From positions 32,001-96,000 of the IMG/VR virus record IMGVR_UViG_3300025151_008277: a stretch of DNA of 64,000 bases; one strand, written 5' to 3'. This DNA is from a virus. Numbering within the stretch: position 1 is the stretch's first letter; the number at the start of each line of letters is the position of its first letter. Shown piece after piece: positions 38,922-49,021 of the stretch. Position numbers and translations under genes: made by a program. The notes below the pieces were generated by a model that made no database searches, was not told the origin of the DNA, and worked only from the letters and a program-made list of their open reading frames with translations.

Positions 38922-39273
38922 ATTAGGTAAAATATGGGGTAATACCTTTCCTCTTTTTAATAAAAACAATGTAGAGATACATAGAATTGAAATTAATAAA
39001 GGAGGTTTTTGCAGTAAACATAAGCATGTATATAAGTATAACTGTTTTTTTGTGGAGACAGGTAAGCTTAAAATTTCTGTATGGAAGAATGATTATGATC
39101 TTAAAGATATAACAATTCTTAACAACAAAGAATCTACAATTATACCTCACGGAGAATATCATCAGTTTGAAGCATTAGAAGATACTATATGTTATGAGAT
39201 TTATTGGGTAGAATTAAATGAAAACGATATAGTAAGAGACAATCACGGAGGTAACATAAATTATGAAACATAG
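38911..39273 (+). CDS. Cupin-domain protein
   Basis: KIWG, CSKHKH, F-x-V-x-x-G, HQF. Confidence 0.85.
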   Translation: MKNKLGKIWGNTFPLFNKNNVEIHRIEINKGGFCSKHKHVYKYNCFFVETGKLKISVWKNDYDLKDITILNNKESTIIPHGEYHQFEALEDTICYEIYWVELNENDIVRDNHGGNINYET

Positions 39274-40009
39274 AGTTGCTATTTGTCTATCTGGCTTAGT
39301 AGGCAATAGCAAAGGTAAAAGTCATGACCACGAAGACGACGACTCTAAAGTTCTAGAATTATCTATACCGCATTGGAACTTTTTTACATCAAATTATGAA
39401 TGTGATTATTTCATTCATACTTGGTCCGGTCATTTAAAGCAAGATATTATTAACGGATTAAAACCTGTTGATATCATAACACAAGATCAACCATCGTTTG
39501 ATATACCTAAATATGTGCCTGGTTCTTTTGAGAGAAAACATGCTCACTGGTGTAGATGGTTTTCTATAAAAGAATCTGTGAGATTAAAACAAGAGCATGA
39601 AGAAAAGAATAATATACGTTATGATAGTGTTATAGTTTCTAGATTTGATTTAGCTTGGGCTAAACAAATCGATTTTAAATATCTCGATATGAACAAAATG
39701 TGGTTACCTAGATGGTTTGAGAACGGTAATCTTGTTGACCCTATAAACTACAAATGCAAAGATTATTGGTTTCTTTCTTCATCCAAAAATATTGATAAAT
39801 TTTCTTCTCTTTACGACTCCTTAAACACCTATACAAAAACTGGAGCTTGTCGTATTAATACTGCAATGGGAGTATCTAGTCACTACTTAGCTGCATATCA
39901 CATAAAAAATCTCGGTATTGAAGTTGGCCATGTTTTAGAAGCTCGAGATAATTTTTTAAATTGCGACTTTCCCGTTATAAGATTTAAATACTTTTCCGCA
40001 AATATTTAA
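39263..40009 (+). CDS. Putative glycosyltransferase-like protein
   Basis: VAICLSG, DYFIHTW, YDSVIVSRFDL. Confidence 0.65.
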   Translation: MKHRVAICLSGLVGNSKGKSHDHEDDDSKVLELSIPHWNFFTSNYECDYFIHTWSGHLKQDIINGLKPVDIITQDQPSFDIPKYVPGSFERKHAHWCRWFSIKESVRLKQEHEEKNNIRYDSVIVSRFDLAWAKQIDFKYLDMNKMWLPRWFENGNLVDPINYKCKDYWFLSSSKNIDKFSSLYDSLNTYTKTGACRINTAMGVSSHYLAAYHIKNLGIEVGHVLEARDNFLNCDFPVIRFKYFSANI

Positions 40010-40045
40010 TTGAGTTTTTATTTTTATATCTTATAATTTAGCGTA

Positions 40046-40513
40046 ATGAGTACATACCAACATAGTGATAAGTGGATCGAAGAAGCTCTTAATCAATATA
40101 AAGATAAGATTGATAACAAAAAAGATCATCGTTTAGATGTTAGTTCTTATAAAGTAGAAAAGCCGTGGGGTCATGAAGTATGGTTAGAATTAAATGAGTT
40201 CTATGCATATAAAATCATTCATATGAAAGCGGGTAACCAAAGTAGTCTTCAATGGCACGAAAAGAAAGTAGAGACTAATTATGTAATTGAAGGAAAAGCT
40301 GAGGTATTGCTACAAAATGAGAAAGGTGAAATCGACTCTAAAATTTATGAAGCTGGTTCCGGTTGGTCAGTGCCTCTCCAAACTAAACATAGAGTAATCG
40401 CTATTACAGATTATACCGCACTTGAAGTATCTACACCTCATCTAAATGATTGTATACGTTTTGAAGATGATAGTAATAGATCTAGTGGTAAAATCGATTC
40501 AGAGCATAGCTAA
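40046..40513 (+). CDS. Cupin (mannose-6-P isomerase type II-like)
   Basis: VEKPWG, SSLQWH-x-x-K-x-E, HR, EVSTP. Confidence 0.85.
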   Translation: MSTYQHSDKWIEEALNQYKDKIDNKKDHRLDVSSYKVEKPWGHEVWLELNEFYAYKIIHMKAGNQSSLQWHEKKVETNYVIEGKAEVLLQNEKGEIDSKIYEAGSGWSVPLQTKHRVIAITDYTALEVSTPHLNDCIRFEDDSNRSSGKIDSEHS

Positions 40514-40516
40514 TAT

Positions 40517-42052
40517 ATGCCTAAAGTATGTATATTAGCAGCAGGTATAGGTTCAAGGAATAAATGTATTGAGGGCTTACATAAAGCTCTCTTACCCTTG
40601 AATAATAAACCTGTTATTTCTCATATAATTGATTCATTTCCTCAAGATATGGAAATAGTCATTGCTCTTGGGTATAAACAAAAGCAATTACTTTCTTATT
40701 TAGAAGAAGTACATACTTCTAAAAATATTACTTATGTTACTGTAGATAATTTTGATAAATCTGGATCAGGTCCCGGATATAGTCTTTATCAATGTAAAAA
40801 CCATTTACAAGAGCCGTTTATTTTTACTTCAGTAGATACTTTATTAGATGAGTTTCCTGTAAGCGTTGATAGTAATTGGATCGGTACTTCTAATATAGAT
40901 GAAAAAAAATCTTCTAGTTATTGTTTAGTTTCAGTAGATAACGAAACCGTAAAAGATTTATATTACGGTAGTGGTAATTTAGCTTTCGTTGGAACTGCTG
41001 GTGTTAAGGATTATAAGACATTTTGGAATAATTTAGAAAAAACATTATTATCAGTTAACGAAATACAAGTTATACCTGCATTACAGAGTCTTACTAATAT
41101 TAAGGCTATTAATTCTGTATGGTATGATACTGGTAACATAGAATCCTATTACAATACTAAAAAGGTATATAATAATGATATTGTAGCCCCTAAAAATAAC
41201 GAAACAATATTTTTAGACAATAATCTCGTAATAAAATACTTTAGTAATTCTAAAAAGAACTTAAGTCGAGTTGAACGAGTTAAATTCTTAAACGATTGTA
41301 CACCAGATACAACATATCTTAATGACAACATGTATTGTTATGAATATATTAATGGAGCTCTATTAAGCAATATTACTAACGTTGAGATTATGAGAGAGTT
41401 TTTTAGTTTTTGTGATAGTAAACTCTGGTTAAAGAAAAATAGAGATGATATTTTTATTAGTAATTGTAGGTCTATGTATGAATTCAAAACTAAATCTAGG
41501 ATAAATGAATTAATAGATAGTGATTTAGATAAAATACGATTTATTAACGGGCTTGAGGTACAACCTATTAGAACAATTTATGAAAAAATAGGTTGGGGAC
41601 AAATTTATAATAATGCTTTACCGGTTTCTTTTCACGGAGACCTACAACCAGAAAATATTATATACAATAATGAGAGATTTTTTCTTATAGACTGGAGAGA
41701 GTCTTTTGGTAACAGTCTTGAAGTGGGGGATATATATTACGATCTATCTAAACTGTATCATGGTTTAGATATTAACGGTACTTTAATGAATAGTAAAAAT
41801 TATTTTTATAACATTGAAGATAAATCTGCCAATATAGGATACAACATAAAGAGTAATTTGATCGATCTTAAAGACACACTCAAAACTTTTGTTATTGAAA
41901 AAGGTTTGGATTGGTATAACATAAGATTGTTAGGTGCATTGCATTATTTGAATATTTGTACATTATATAAAGACTTTCATAACGGAGAGTATGGTAGGTT
42001 TTTATTTCTTTATAGCAAATATCTTTTACAAAACATCTTGCAAAACAAATAA
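40517..42052 (+). CDS. Fused sugar nucleotidyltransferase + APH/choline-kinase-like phosphotransferase
   Basis: ILAAGIGSR...KALLP, WYDTG; C-terminal FHGDL-x-x-ENI, LIDWR, YDLSKL. Confidence 0.88.
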   Translation: MPKVCILAAGIGSRNKCIEGLHKALLPLNNKPVISHIIDSFPQDMEIVIALGYKQKQLLSYLEEVHTSKNITYVTVDNFDKSGSGPGYSLYQCKNHLQEPFIFTSVDTLLDEFPVSVDSNWIGTSNIDEKKSSSYCLVSVDNETVKDLYYGSGNLAFVGTAGVKDYKTFWNNLEKTLLSVNEIQVIPALQSLTNIKAINSVWYDTGNIESYYNTKKVYNNDIVAPKNNETIFLDNNLVIKYFSNSKKNLSRVERVKFLNDCTPDTTYLNDNMYCYEYINGALLSNITNVEIMREFFSFCDSKLWLKKNRDDIFISNCRSMYEFKTKSRINELIDSDLDKIRFINGLEVQPIRTIYEKIGWGQIYNNALPVSFHGDLQPENIIYNNERFFLIDWRESFGNSLEVGDIYYDLSKLYHGLDINGTLMNSKNYFYNIEDKSANIGYNIKSNLIDLKDTLKTFVIEKGLDWYNIRLLGALHYLNICTLYKDFHNGEYGRFLFLYSKYLLQNILQNK

Positions 42053-42076
42053 TTTAGAATAAAATATTTAGTAAAT

Positions 42077-42721
42077 ATGAATACGGGAGATTATATAGAT
42101 TTATACAAAAAAGAATCTATCGATATTGTTAACAATGTTTCTAGCGCTTCAATAGAGCAGTTTATTAATTTAATCTATGAAGCTTATACAACTGAAAATA
42201 CAGTTTATCTTGCAGGTAACGGAGGTAACGCTGCGTACGTACAGAATTTCGTTGTTGACCTAAACATGCATCCGTTTGTTTCAGAAGATAAATCATCTAA
42301 TTCTAGTATACCTCGTAATTTATTTAAATCTGTTAGTCTTTGTAGTGATCCCGCAACTATATCAGGTATAAGTAATGATTTAGGATTTAATTCTATCTTT
42401 AAAGAGCAAATGAAATATCAAGGTATCCGAAATGATATCTTTATTGGTATTTCCGGTTCAGGTAATTCTAAAAATATTCTTGAAGCTATGGAGTTCAATT
42501 CTCGTAAAGGTATAAAAAATATTTTACTTACGAGAAATAAAGAAAATAAATGTAATGAGTTCGCAGATTTAACTATTAGTGTTGACGGCGTTTCTAAATT
42601 CCCTGGCCAAACAGGTGGTAATAATAATAACTTTCATTTTGAAGATTTTATTTCTAAGCTGTCTCATATCACTGTAGGTATTTTAAAATTAAGAGTACAG
42701 CAAAGGATACAAAATGCTTAA
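42077..42721 (+). CDS. SIS-domain phosphosugar isomerase (GmhA-like)
   Basis: AGNGG, SND, F-x-EQ, GISGSGNS-x-NI. Confidence 0.85.
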   Translation: MNTGDYIDLYKKESIDIVNNVSSASIEQFINLIYEAYTTENTVYLAGNGGNAAYVQNFVVDLNMHPFVSEDKSSNSSIPRNLFKSVSLCSDPATISGISNDLGFNSIFKEQMKYQGIRNDIFIGISGSGNSKNILEAMEFNSRKGIKNILLTRNKENKCNEFADLTISVDGVSKFPGQTGGNNNNFHFEDFISKLSHITVGILKLRVQQRIQNA

Positions 42722-43475
42722 ACCAAACATATTACGCAAAAAAGTTTTAGATTTAGTCTATAAAAAGAAATCTGGTCATATAGGTGGTAGTTTTTCTATT
42801 GCAGAGCTTATATGTACTTTATATAATGATTATAATATCGGAGAAACTGATAAGCTTATTTTATCTAAAGGTCACTCTGTACCTATTGTTTATGCCGCCT
42901 TACATGAGTTAGGTTTAATTAGTGATGATGATCTTGATAAGTTTAGAGAGATAGACTCTCCCCTTCAAGGTCACCCTGATAAAAATAGGTTAAAACATCT
43001 CCACGCTACTACAGGCTCTCTCGGCCAAGGCTTAAGCATCTCCGTCGGCCATGCTTTAGCTAAAAAGCATAAAAAACTTAATGGTACTGTTTTTTGTATA
43101 TTAGGCGACGGAGAAATTCAAGAAGGTCAGGTATGGGAGGCATTTTTATCTGGTTCCAAATTTAACTTAGATAATCTTGTATGTTTTATTGACTGGAATA
43201 AAGCTCAAAGCGAAGGATTTGCTTCTGATGTTATGCCGATGTATGAAAATTTAACCGAAAAAATATCATCTTTCGGTTGGCATAGCGTTTTAATAAATGG
43301 TCATAATATATACGATATTAAAAGTAGTATAGATAATAGAGTTAAAGATAAGCCTACTTGTATTGTACTCGACACAGTTAAAGGTAAAGGTGTTTCTTTT
43401 ATGGAAGAACCTAAATGGCATTCTAAGTGCCCTACAGAAGAAGAATATAATAAAGCAATAAAGGAGTTATTATGA
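42714..43475 (+). CDS. Transketolase, N-terminal (TPP-binding) subunit
   Basis: SGHIGGS, LSKGH, LQGHP, TGSLGQG, GDGE-x-QEG. Confidence 0.95.
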   Translation: MLKPNILRKKVLDLVYKKKSGHIGGSFSIAELICTLYNDYNIGETDKLILSKGHSVPIVYAALHELGLISDDDLDKFREIDSPLQGHPDKNRLKHLHATTGSLGQGLSISVGHALAKKHKKLNGTVFCILGDGEIQEGQVWEAFLSGSKFNLDNLVCFIDWNKAQSEGFASDVMPMYENLTEKISSFGWHSVLINGHNIYDIKSSIDNRVKDKPTCIVLDTVKGKGVSFMEEPKWHSKCPTEEEYNKAIKELL

Positions 43476-44392
43476 AAGCAACAAGAGATGCAGTAAATGA
43501 TATTCTACCACAAGCAGGAGAGAAGCACTCTAACATAGTTGCGTTAGATGCCGACTTAGGCGGAGCTACTAAGATAAAAGCTTTTGGTCAGAAATACCCT
43601 GATAGATATTTTCAAGTAGGTATTGCCGAAGCTAATATGATTAGTATTGCTTCAGGTATGTCTGAATATGGCCTCAAAGTATTTTTAGCTTCTTTTAGTG
43701 CTTTCCTTACTGGTAGATATGATATTATACGTTGTAGTATATGTTATCCTAATCAACCAGTTGTTTTAGTTGGTAGTCATGTTGGAATGGCTATAGGTAA
43801 AGATGGTGTTACTCAAATGGGTCTTGAAGATGTTAGTATAATGCGCGCATTACCTAATATGAATATTTTAAATCCATGTAATTATACACAGGCTTGTAAA
43901 GTTATTGAGTATCTTTGTGATACTGAACTCACTCAACCACATTATTTACGTATTGGTAGAACACCTGTAGAAGATTTTGATATAGATTTTGAGTTTAATA
44001 AAGGAGTGATCGTTAGACCGGGTAAAGATGTAACTTTGTTTAGTACGGGTTGTATTTTGAGTGATGTATTAGAAGCTTCTTACATTATTGAGCGAAATAC
44101 TAATTTATCTGTACGGGTAGTAGACTTCTCTACTTTAAAACCTATAGATAAAAAATTAATATATAAATGCGCCACTGAAACTGATCATCTATTTACAGTC
44201 GAAGATCATTCCATAGTAGGCGGCTTAGGATCGATAGTTTCCGAAGTATTATGTGAAACATATCCTGCAAAATTACATAGAATAGGATTGAATGATCAAT
44301 TCCCTGAATCAGGTCCTCCAGCAGACTTGTATAGCAAATATGGTTTGAATGCAGAAGGTATAGCAAATTCTGTATGCAGTAATATTAGCTAA
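43472..44392 (+). CDS. Transketolase, C-terminal subunit
   Basis: ATR, DADL, GIAEANM, DG-x-TQ (Q in place of the usual H), EDHS-x-x-GGLG. Confidence 0.95.
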   Translation: MKATRDAVNDILPQAGEKHSNIVALDADLGGATKIKAFGQKYPDRYFQVGIAEANMISIASGMSEYGLKVFLASFSAFLTGRYDIIRCSICYPNQPVVLVGSHVGMAIGKDGVTQMGLEDVSIMRALPNMNILNPCNYTQACKVIEYLCDTELTQPHYLRIGRTPVEDFDIDFEFNKGVIVRPGKDVTLFSTGCILSDVLEASYIIERNTNLSVRVVDFSTLKPIDKKLIYKCATETDHLFTVEDHSIVGGLGSIVSEVLCETYPAKLHRIGLNDQFPESGPPADLYSKYGLNAEGIANSVCSNIS

Positions 44393-45189
44393 TGTTAATA
44401 GACAATAAGACCAAATTATTTTTCTCAGCAGCTATGTCTCCAGGTAATTTTGGAGCTACTGTATATAATTCTCTTTTTAATCACTATCAAATTAATGCAG
44501 TTTACCTTCCAAAGAGATTTGATAACGCTGAGTCGATTATTACAGCGTTATCTGTTTTAGATATACAAGGCTGCAGTATCACTATGCCTTTCAAGAGCGA
44601 TGTTCTTAAATTCTTAGATGTAACTAATGATATAGTTGACAATACCTTTTCAGTAAACACTATAGTTAAAAAAGAAGATAAGCTGTATGGATATAATACA
44701 GATTATTTTGCGGTTCAACAAATAATTAAATCTCTAGACTTTAAAACAGTTTTAGTTTATGGATCTGGATCAGTTACTAATACAGTAATTCACTGCTTGA
44801 TAAAAAACGGTATAAAACCGACTGTTGTATCTCGCAATAAGGAGGCATTAAAAAATATATATTGTAGGTATTATGTTGAAGCAATATATGAGAAAGATTT
44901 TGTTGTAGAAAATAATGCATTTGATCTTTTAATAAATTGTACACCAGTAAGTAACAACGAAGATTCCTTTCCGTTCGAATTATTAAAGGTATGTAATCAA
45001 TTATTTGACTTAGTAGTGGATAAGAAGGAGACTAGGTTATGCGAAGTTGCGAAACAAAATAAAAAGAAGTATATTAAAGGGTGCGACATGTCAAAATGGC
45101 AGCTACAAAATCAATTCTTGCATTATATTGGATTTGCTCCTAATATGGATATAATAAATCGTATACTTAACAGTCAGTTCTATGAATAA
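44392..45189 (+). CDS. Shikimate dehydrogenase-like protein (SdhL subclass)
   Basis: PGNFG, GCSITMPFK, SVNTI, GYNTD, GSG, INCTP. Confidence 0.85.
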   Translation: MLIDNKTKLFFSAAMSPGNFGATVYNSLFNHYQINAVYLPKRFDNAESIITALSVLDIQGCSITMPFKSDVLKFLDVTNDIVDNTFSVNTIVKKEDKLYGYNTDYFAVQQIIKSLDFKTVLVYGSGSVTNTVIHCLIKNGIKPTVVSRNKEALKNIYCRYYVEAIYEKDFVVENNAFDLLINCTPVSNNEDSFPFELLKVCNQLFDLVVDKKETRLCEVAKQNKKKYIKGCDMSKWQLQNQFLHYIGFAPNMDIINRILNSQFYE

Positions 45190-45550
45190 CGACCATCGCC
45201 CTTATACTATTTTTTGTGACATTGACGGTACTTTAACTAAACAGGCAACAGCTAGTGAAGTAGCTAACCCTGAGTTTGTTTTAGAGCTATTACCAGGTGT
45301 GATACAGAAACTAAAAGAGTGGGACCAAAAAGGGTATAATATTATTCTTACTACCGGGAGGAAAGAAAGTATGAGATTTTCTACAGAGTCTCAACTAAAA
45401 CGCGCAGGCATTTTTTATGATAAGCTTATTATGGGTATAGGTGGTGGTAAGCGCTTTCTTATAAATAACTTCAAAAGAGATAGCGATATACCGTACGCTA
45501 GTAGTATCAATATACCTATTAACACAGGATTAACTGATATTGAGATTTAA
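45182..45550 (+). CDS. HAD-family phosphatase (capless)
   Basis: FCDIDGT, ILTTGR, YDKLIMG. Confidence 0.85.
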   Translation: MNNDHRPYTIFCDIDGTLTKQATASEVANPEFVLELLPGVIQKLKEWDQKGYNIILTTGRKESMRFSTESQLKRAGIFYDKLIMGIGGGKRFLINNFKRDSDIPYASSINIPINTGLTDIEI

Positions 45551-46606
45551 TTATCTTAAATCTTCTATATTTTTAGTTAAGTCTTCTATTGCTCCTTTAT
45601 ACCCTTTGTATTTAAAAATATCTTTCTCGCGAAAGAACTCTACAACTCTACCATAATTGAGTTTATTCTCTCTTGTAAAATCACATATAAACCTATTCAT
45701 TTCATCTAACCATATGTGATAATATCTCATGGCTTCTGGGTCTGTATTTTTATCATGCTTTTTATAGTAGTACTCTCGAGCTACAGCCCAATCGATAATA
45801 AAGGTATGCTGAAAGCTTATTTGGTTTTTGAGCCCAAAATAACCCCATCTTATTTCTGGCGGTGCATGTCTTAAACTAGCCCAGTATTCATCCCATATGT
45901 TAGGATGGTTATCTCTTTTATTAGCGAGAATATCGGCTGACATTACTGTCATATTTTTATGGTATTGGTCCATTGCTCGCGGTTCCCCACCAAACATTTG
46001 ATCACCTATTTGTAGAACCCCCTTTCTCACATCTATATATGGTATACCTATTACTGATTCAAACTCCGCTCTGTTATTTACATACTTAACCCAGTCATAA
46101 AAATAATTCTTATGAAACCTATGATCAAATTTTCCATTATACCAATAAAAATCAGGTCTTATCCTCACAACATAATCATATTCAAAGTCGTTTTCTAATT
46201 CATATTGTCTTCTCAGCTCAAGAACTCTCTCAGCTTGATAAAATTGACCGAAATACATATAATTCCAATGCTTCGCGGCTTGTAAATCGTCTTTATCAGA
46301 TATGTTTTCTTCTATTATTTTTCTTATACCTTCATCGTCTGATTCAATCTTCATTGAAACAGGTTTAATAACATTTTTAACATTGTCTATAACTGCACTA
46401 GGAAGCTTTTCTGTGTGCGGGTCACCTGCAATATCTGCAAAAAGAGTATGTTTACGAGTTATGTAATCAGGAGCGTATATAAAATAATCGATTTGAGAGT
46501 CATAATAAAAATAATCAAAGGTTTCTTTTATATTTTCCAACGTTAAATGAACATCTCTCAACTGAGAGCTAATACACACTGCTAATCTGTTAAGTTTTTT
46601 TACCAT
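45551..46606 (-). CDS. Putative glycosyltransferase-like protein
   Basis: LAVCISSQLR, DYF, YDYVVRIRPD; same family pattern as 39263-40009. Confidence 0.65.
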   Translation of the reverse strand: MVKKLNRLAVCISSQLRDVHLTLENIKETFDYFYYDSQIDYFIYAPDYITRKHTLFADIAGDPHTEKLPSAVIDNVKNVIKPVSMKIESDDEGIRKIIEENISDKDDLQAAKHWNYMYFGQFYQAERVLELRRQYELENDFEYDYVVRIRPDFYWYNGKFDHRFHKNYFYDWVKYVNNRAEFESVIGIPYIDVRKGVLQIGDQMFGGEPRAMDQYHKNMTVMSADILANKRDNHPNIWDEYWASLRHAPPEIRWGYFGLKNQISFQHTFIIDWAVAREYYYKKHDKNTDPEAMRYYHIWLDEMNRFICDFTRENKLNYGRVVEFFREKDIFKYKGYKGAIEDLTKNIEDLR

Positions 46607-46608
46607 TT

Positions 46609-47664
46609 CTAAAAATAATCTGATATGTTACCTTTTTCTAGTTTATCATACTCTTGTATATTTTTAAGTACGTTCAAAAAATCGTTATGCGATGGATGTC
46701 TCTTATCGAAAATATCATGTTTCATAAAATCTATAGGAGTAAATGTGCCCCAGTTAACTATTCTTGAAGTAGCGCATCTAAAATTATACTTTCGAGCTAT
46801 ATCTAAAAATTGAGGTATTGTTTTATAGTTATTATATTGTACAACCATATCCAATCTCACATCTTCTACTTTACCTTCTTTTTGTAATTTGCTTATAAAT
46901 TCTAAATTTTGATTGACATTATTCCAGTTACCACCTACTCGAGTTAAATTATAAGCTTCTTCTGTACCTGCATCAAGACTAACGATAACATCTACATGAA
47001 ACTTATGTAAGTTTTGTAGGCCTTCCCATCTTTTTTCATTAAAAAGAACACCGTTAGTTTGTAACGTTATATGTAATAGAGGGTTCTTGCTATAATTTAA
47101 TTGCTTCAAAAGATCAAAAAAGTGTTTCGAACCAAAAGGGTCTCCAGACCCGGTAACAATTAAGTTAATTAGCTTTTTTTCTGAATGTACATACTTAAGA
47201 ACAGCTTTATTTATTTCAGTTAATTTGTCAAATTGTTTTTTATGCGTTTCTTTCGTATAATATATAAAATCATTTCTACAAGAAGGACACTTCAAATTGC
47301 ATGATCTATCATAACATAAGTTTATAATATCTGGTTTATCTGCTTGGGTTAAACCAAATTCTAATATTGTAGAAAATTTAGATCCTATTTTACCTGATCT
47401 TACTTCATTCAACGTAGGTAAGGAGTTACTCGCTATATCCGGGCATAATTTCTTATTACAGTACTTAAAACTTCCATCAAGAATTGACCTTCTAAATTCT
47501 TTTGCTTTTTCTCCGTTCCAAACCCCTTCAATATCTAAATCATCTGTAGTCTTACCAACGTAATTATGATTTACCCATGTAGGACAACAATTATAAATTT
47601 CATTCTCTTGTATTTCAAAAAACCCCCATGGTTTGTAGCAAAATTTATCTTTTAAATCAATCAT
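46609..47664 (-). CDS. Radical SAM protein with extra N-terminal Cys cluster (SPASM/Twitch-like)
   Basis: FCYKPW...CC...C-x4-CP; CNLKCPSC; GSGDPF; TNG; SLDA. Confidence 0.9.
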   Translation of the reverse strand: MIDLKDKFCYKPWGFFEIQENEIYNCCPTWVNHNYVGKTTDDLDIEGVWNGEKAKEFRRSILDGSFKYCNKKLCPDIASNSLPTLNEVRSGKIGSKFSTILEFGLTQADKPDIINLCYDRSCNLKCPSCRNDFIYYTKETHKKQFDKLTEINKAVLKYVHSEKKLINLIVTGSGDPFGSKHFFDLLKQLNYSKNPLLHITLQTNGVLFNEKRWEGLQNLHKFHVDVIVSLDAGTEEAYNLTRVGGNWNNVNQNLEFISKLQKEGKVEDVRLDMVVQYNNYKTIPQFLDIARKYNFRCATSRIVNWGTFTPIDFMKHDIFDKRHPSHNDFLNVLKNIQEYDKLEKGNISDYF

Positions 47665-47720
47665 ATGTTGTTGATATTTTCAGAATATACTATAATTTAT
47701 ATAAGAGATAGCTAAAAGCC

Positions 47721-48074
47721 ATGGAAATTACATATAATAGCGAAACAATTACCCTAAATGAGGAGAAATTCGAAGATATTGAGTATTTTGACATAAAAAC
47801 CCCAAAAACAATCACCGACGACGGGTCTGAAATTTATTGGTGTCCGTTTGAGTGGGATTGGCGCATAATTAATCATAAAGATCAAATGGAAAAGCGGTTT
47901 AAGAATTGTATGAAGACAATTTATTTTACCGAGAAAGTATTTTTAGTTGAAAAGAAGTCAATGCGCAAGCACTTCAAAGACGGTAAATTAGTTGATGTGT
48001 GCCTATTGCCAATTGGTATCTATGTATATTGGGATAATGATACTGAGGAATGGTCTTTTCTTGGTTATAAGTAA
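47721..48074 (+). CDS. Hypothetical protein
   Basis: 117 aa ORF. Confidence 0.6.
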   Translation: MEITYNSETITLNEEKFEDIEYFDIKTPKTITDDGSEIYWCPFEWDWRIINHKDQMEKRFKNCMKTIYFTEKVFLVEKKSMRKHFKDGKLVDVCLLPIGIYVYWDNDTEEWSFLGYK

Positions 48075-49021
48075 TGCCTTCATGTAGAATTTACTATTGG
48101 GATAACGGGGTTGGAGTTAAAACTGATGCAGCTCTTATTTCTGAATGCTTAAGTAAGAAATTTGAGTGCGAGATATTCGATTTTTCTTATTCAGAATGTA
48201 ATGAAAATTATTTTAATTATACAGTAGAAAAAAAGCCTGTCGATGTTGGTATTTTTGTACAAAATTATTATACAGATTTACTGTCCGATAATAAAATCAA
48301 TATTTTAATTATTAATGAAGAGTGGTTAGCTTTTGAAGACTTAGATGGTCTTAAAAATTTCGACCACGTTATAGTTAAAAGCGAGTACGCAAAAAAATTA
48401 TTATTCGAAGCTCATCCGAGTATTCATGTTTTGCATTTTTGGTCGAGAGATCTATATTCAGATTACTACTCTGGATTTAAAAATAATGACGTACTTCATT
48501 TCGCAGGTAAGTCTATGCAGAAGAATACTGAGAGTGTTATTAATAACACTGATATACATATATTTGACAGTAACGGTCGTTTTAAAGATGTAAGAACCGA
48601 AAAATATTATTATAATTTTATTTCCGATAACAAGTTACAGCGAGTTTTTAACGTATGTGATACTCACATATGTCCTTCATTATATGAAGCTCATGGACAT
48701 TATTTTTTCGAAGCATTATTATGCAATAAAAAAGTTATAGCATCTAAATGTCCGGTATGGGAAGAAATAATTGATCCCGAATATTTAGTTTTTGTTGAAA
48801 CAAGTGCTTGTGTTATAAGTAGCTCTGATCATGATTGGCTTAACGGTGAGCAATCTCAAGGTAAATTTACTAAGTTTCCATTTAGAAGAGGATTTATAGT
48901 ACAATCTGAAGCTATAAATGCGGCTTTAGAAAGTAGTAAATTTAAAAAACCAAGAAAGTATATCCTAGATTTATTTTCTAACAATCAAAAAAAGTTTTTT
49001 GACTTTTTTACAAACCTATAA
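48074..49021 (+). CDS. GT-B (GT4-like) glycosyltransferase
   Basis: HFAGKS-x-QKNT, ICPS-x-YEAHGHYFFEA (E-x7-E). Confidence 0.8.
   Translation: MPSCRIYYWDNGVGVKTDAALISECLSKKFECEIFDFSYSECNENYFNYTVEKKPVDVGIFVQNYYTDLLSDNKINILIINEEWLAFEDLDGLKNFDHVIVKSEYAKKLLFEAHPSIHVLHFWSRDLYSDYYSGFKNNDVLHFAGKSMQKNTESVINNTDIHIFDSNGRFKDVRTEKYYYNFISDNKLQRVFNVCDTHICPSLYEAHGHYFFEALLCNKKVIASKCPVWEEIIDPEYLVFVETSACVISSSDHDWLNGEQSQGKFTKFPFRRGFIVQSEAINAALESSKFKKPRKYILDLFSNNQKKFFDFFTNL

Noticed and set aside
42714-44392. Transketolase as a pentose-phosphate auxiliary metabolic gene
   Set aside because: It is the split type, embedded among sugar-nucleotide genes, with no zwf/gnd/talC in the window.
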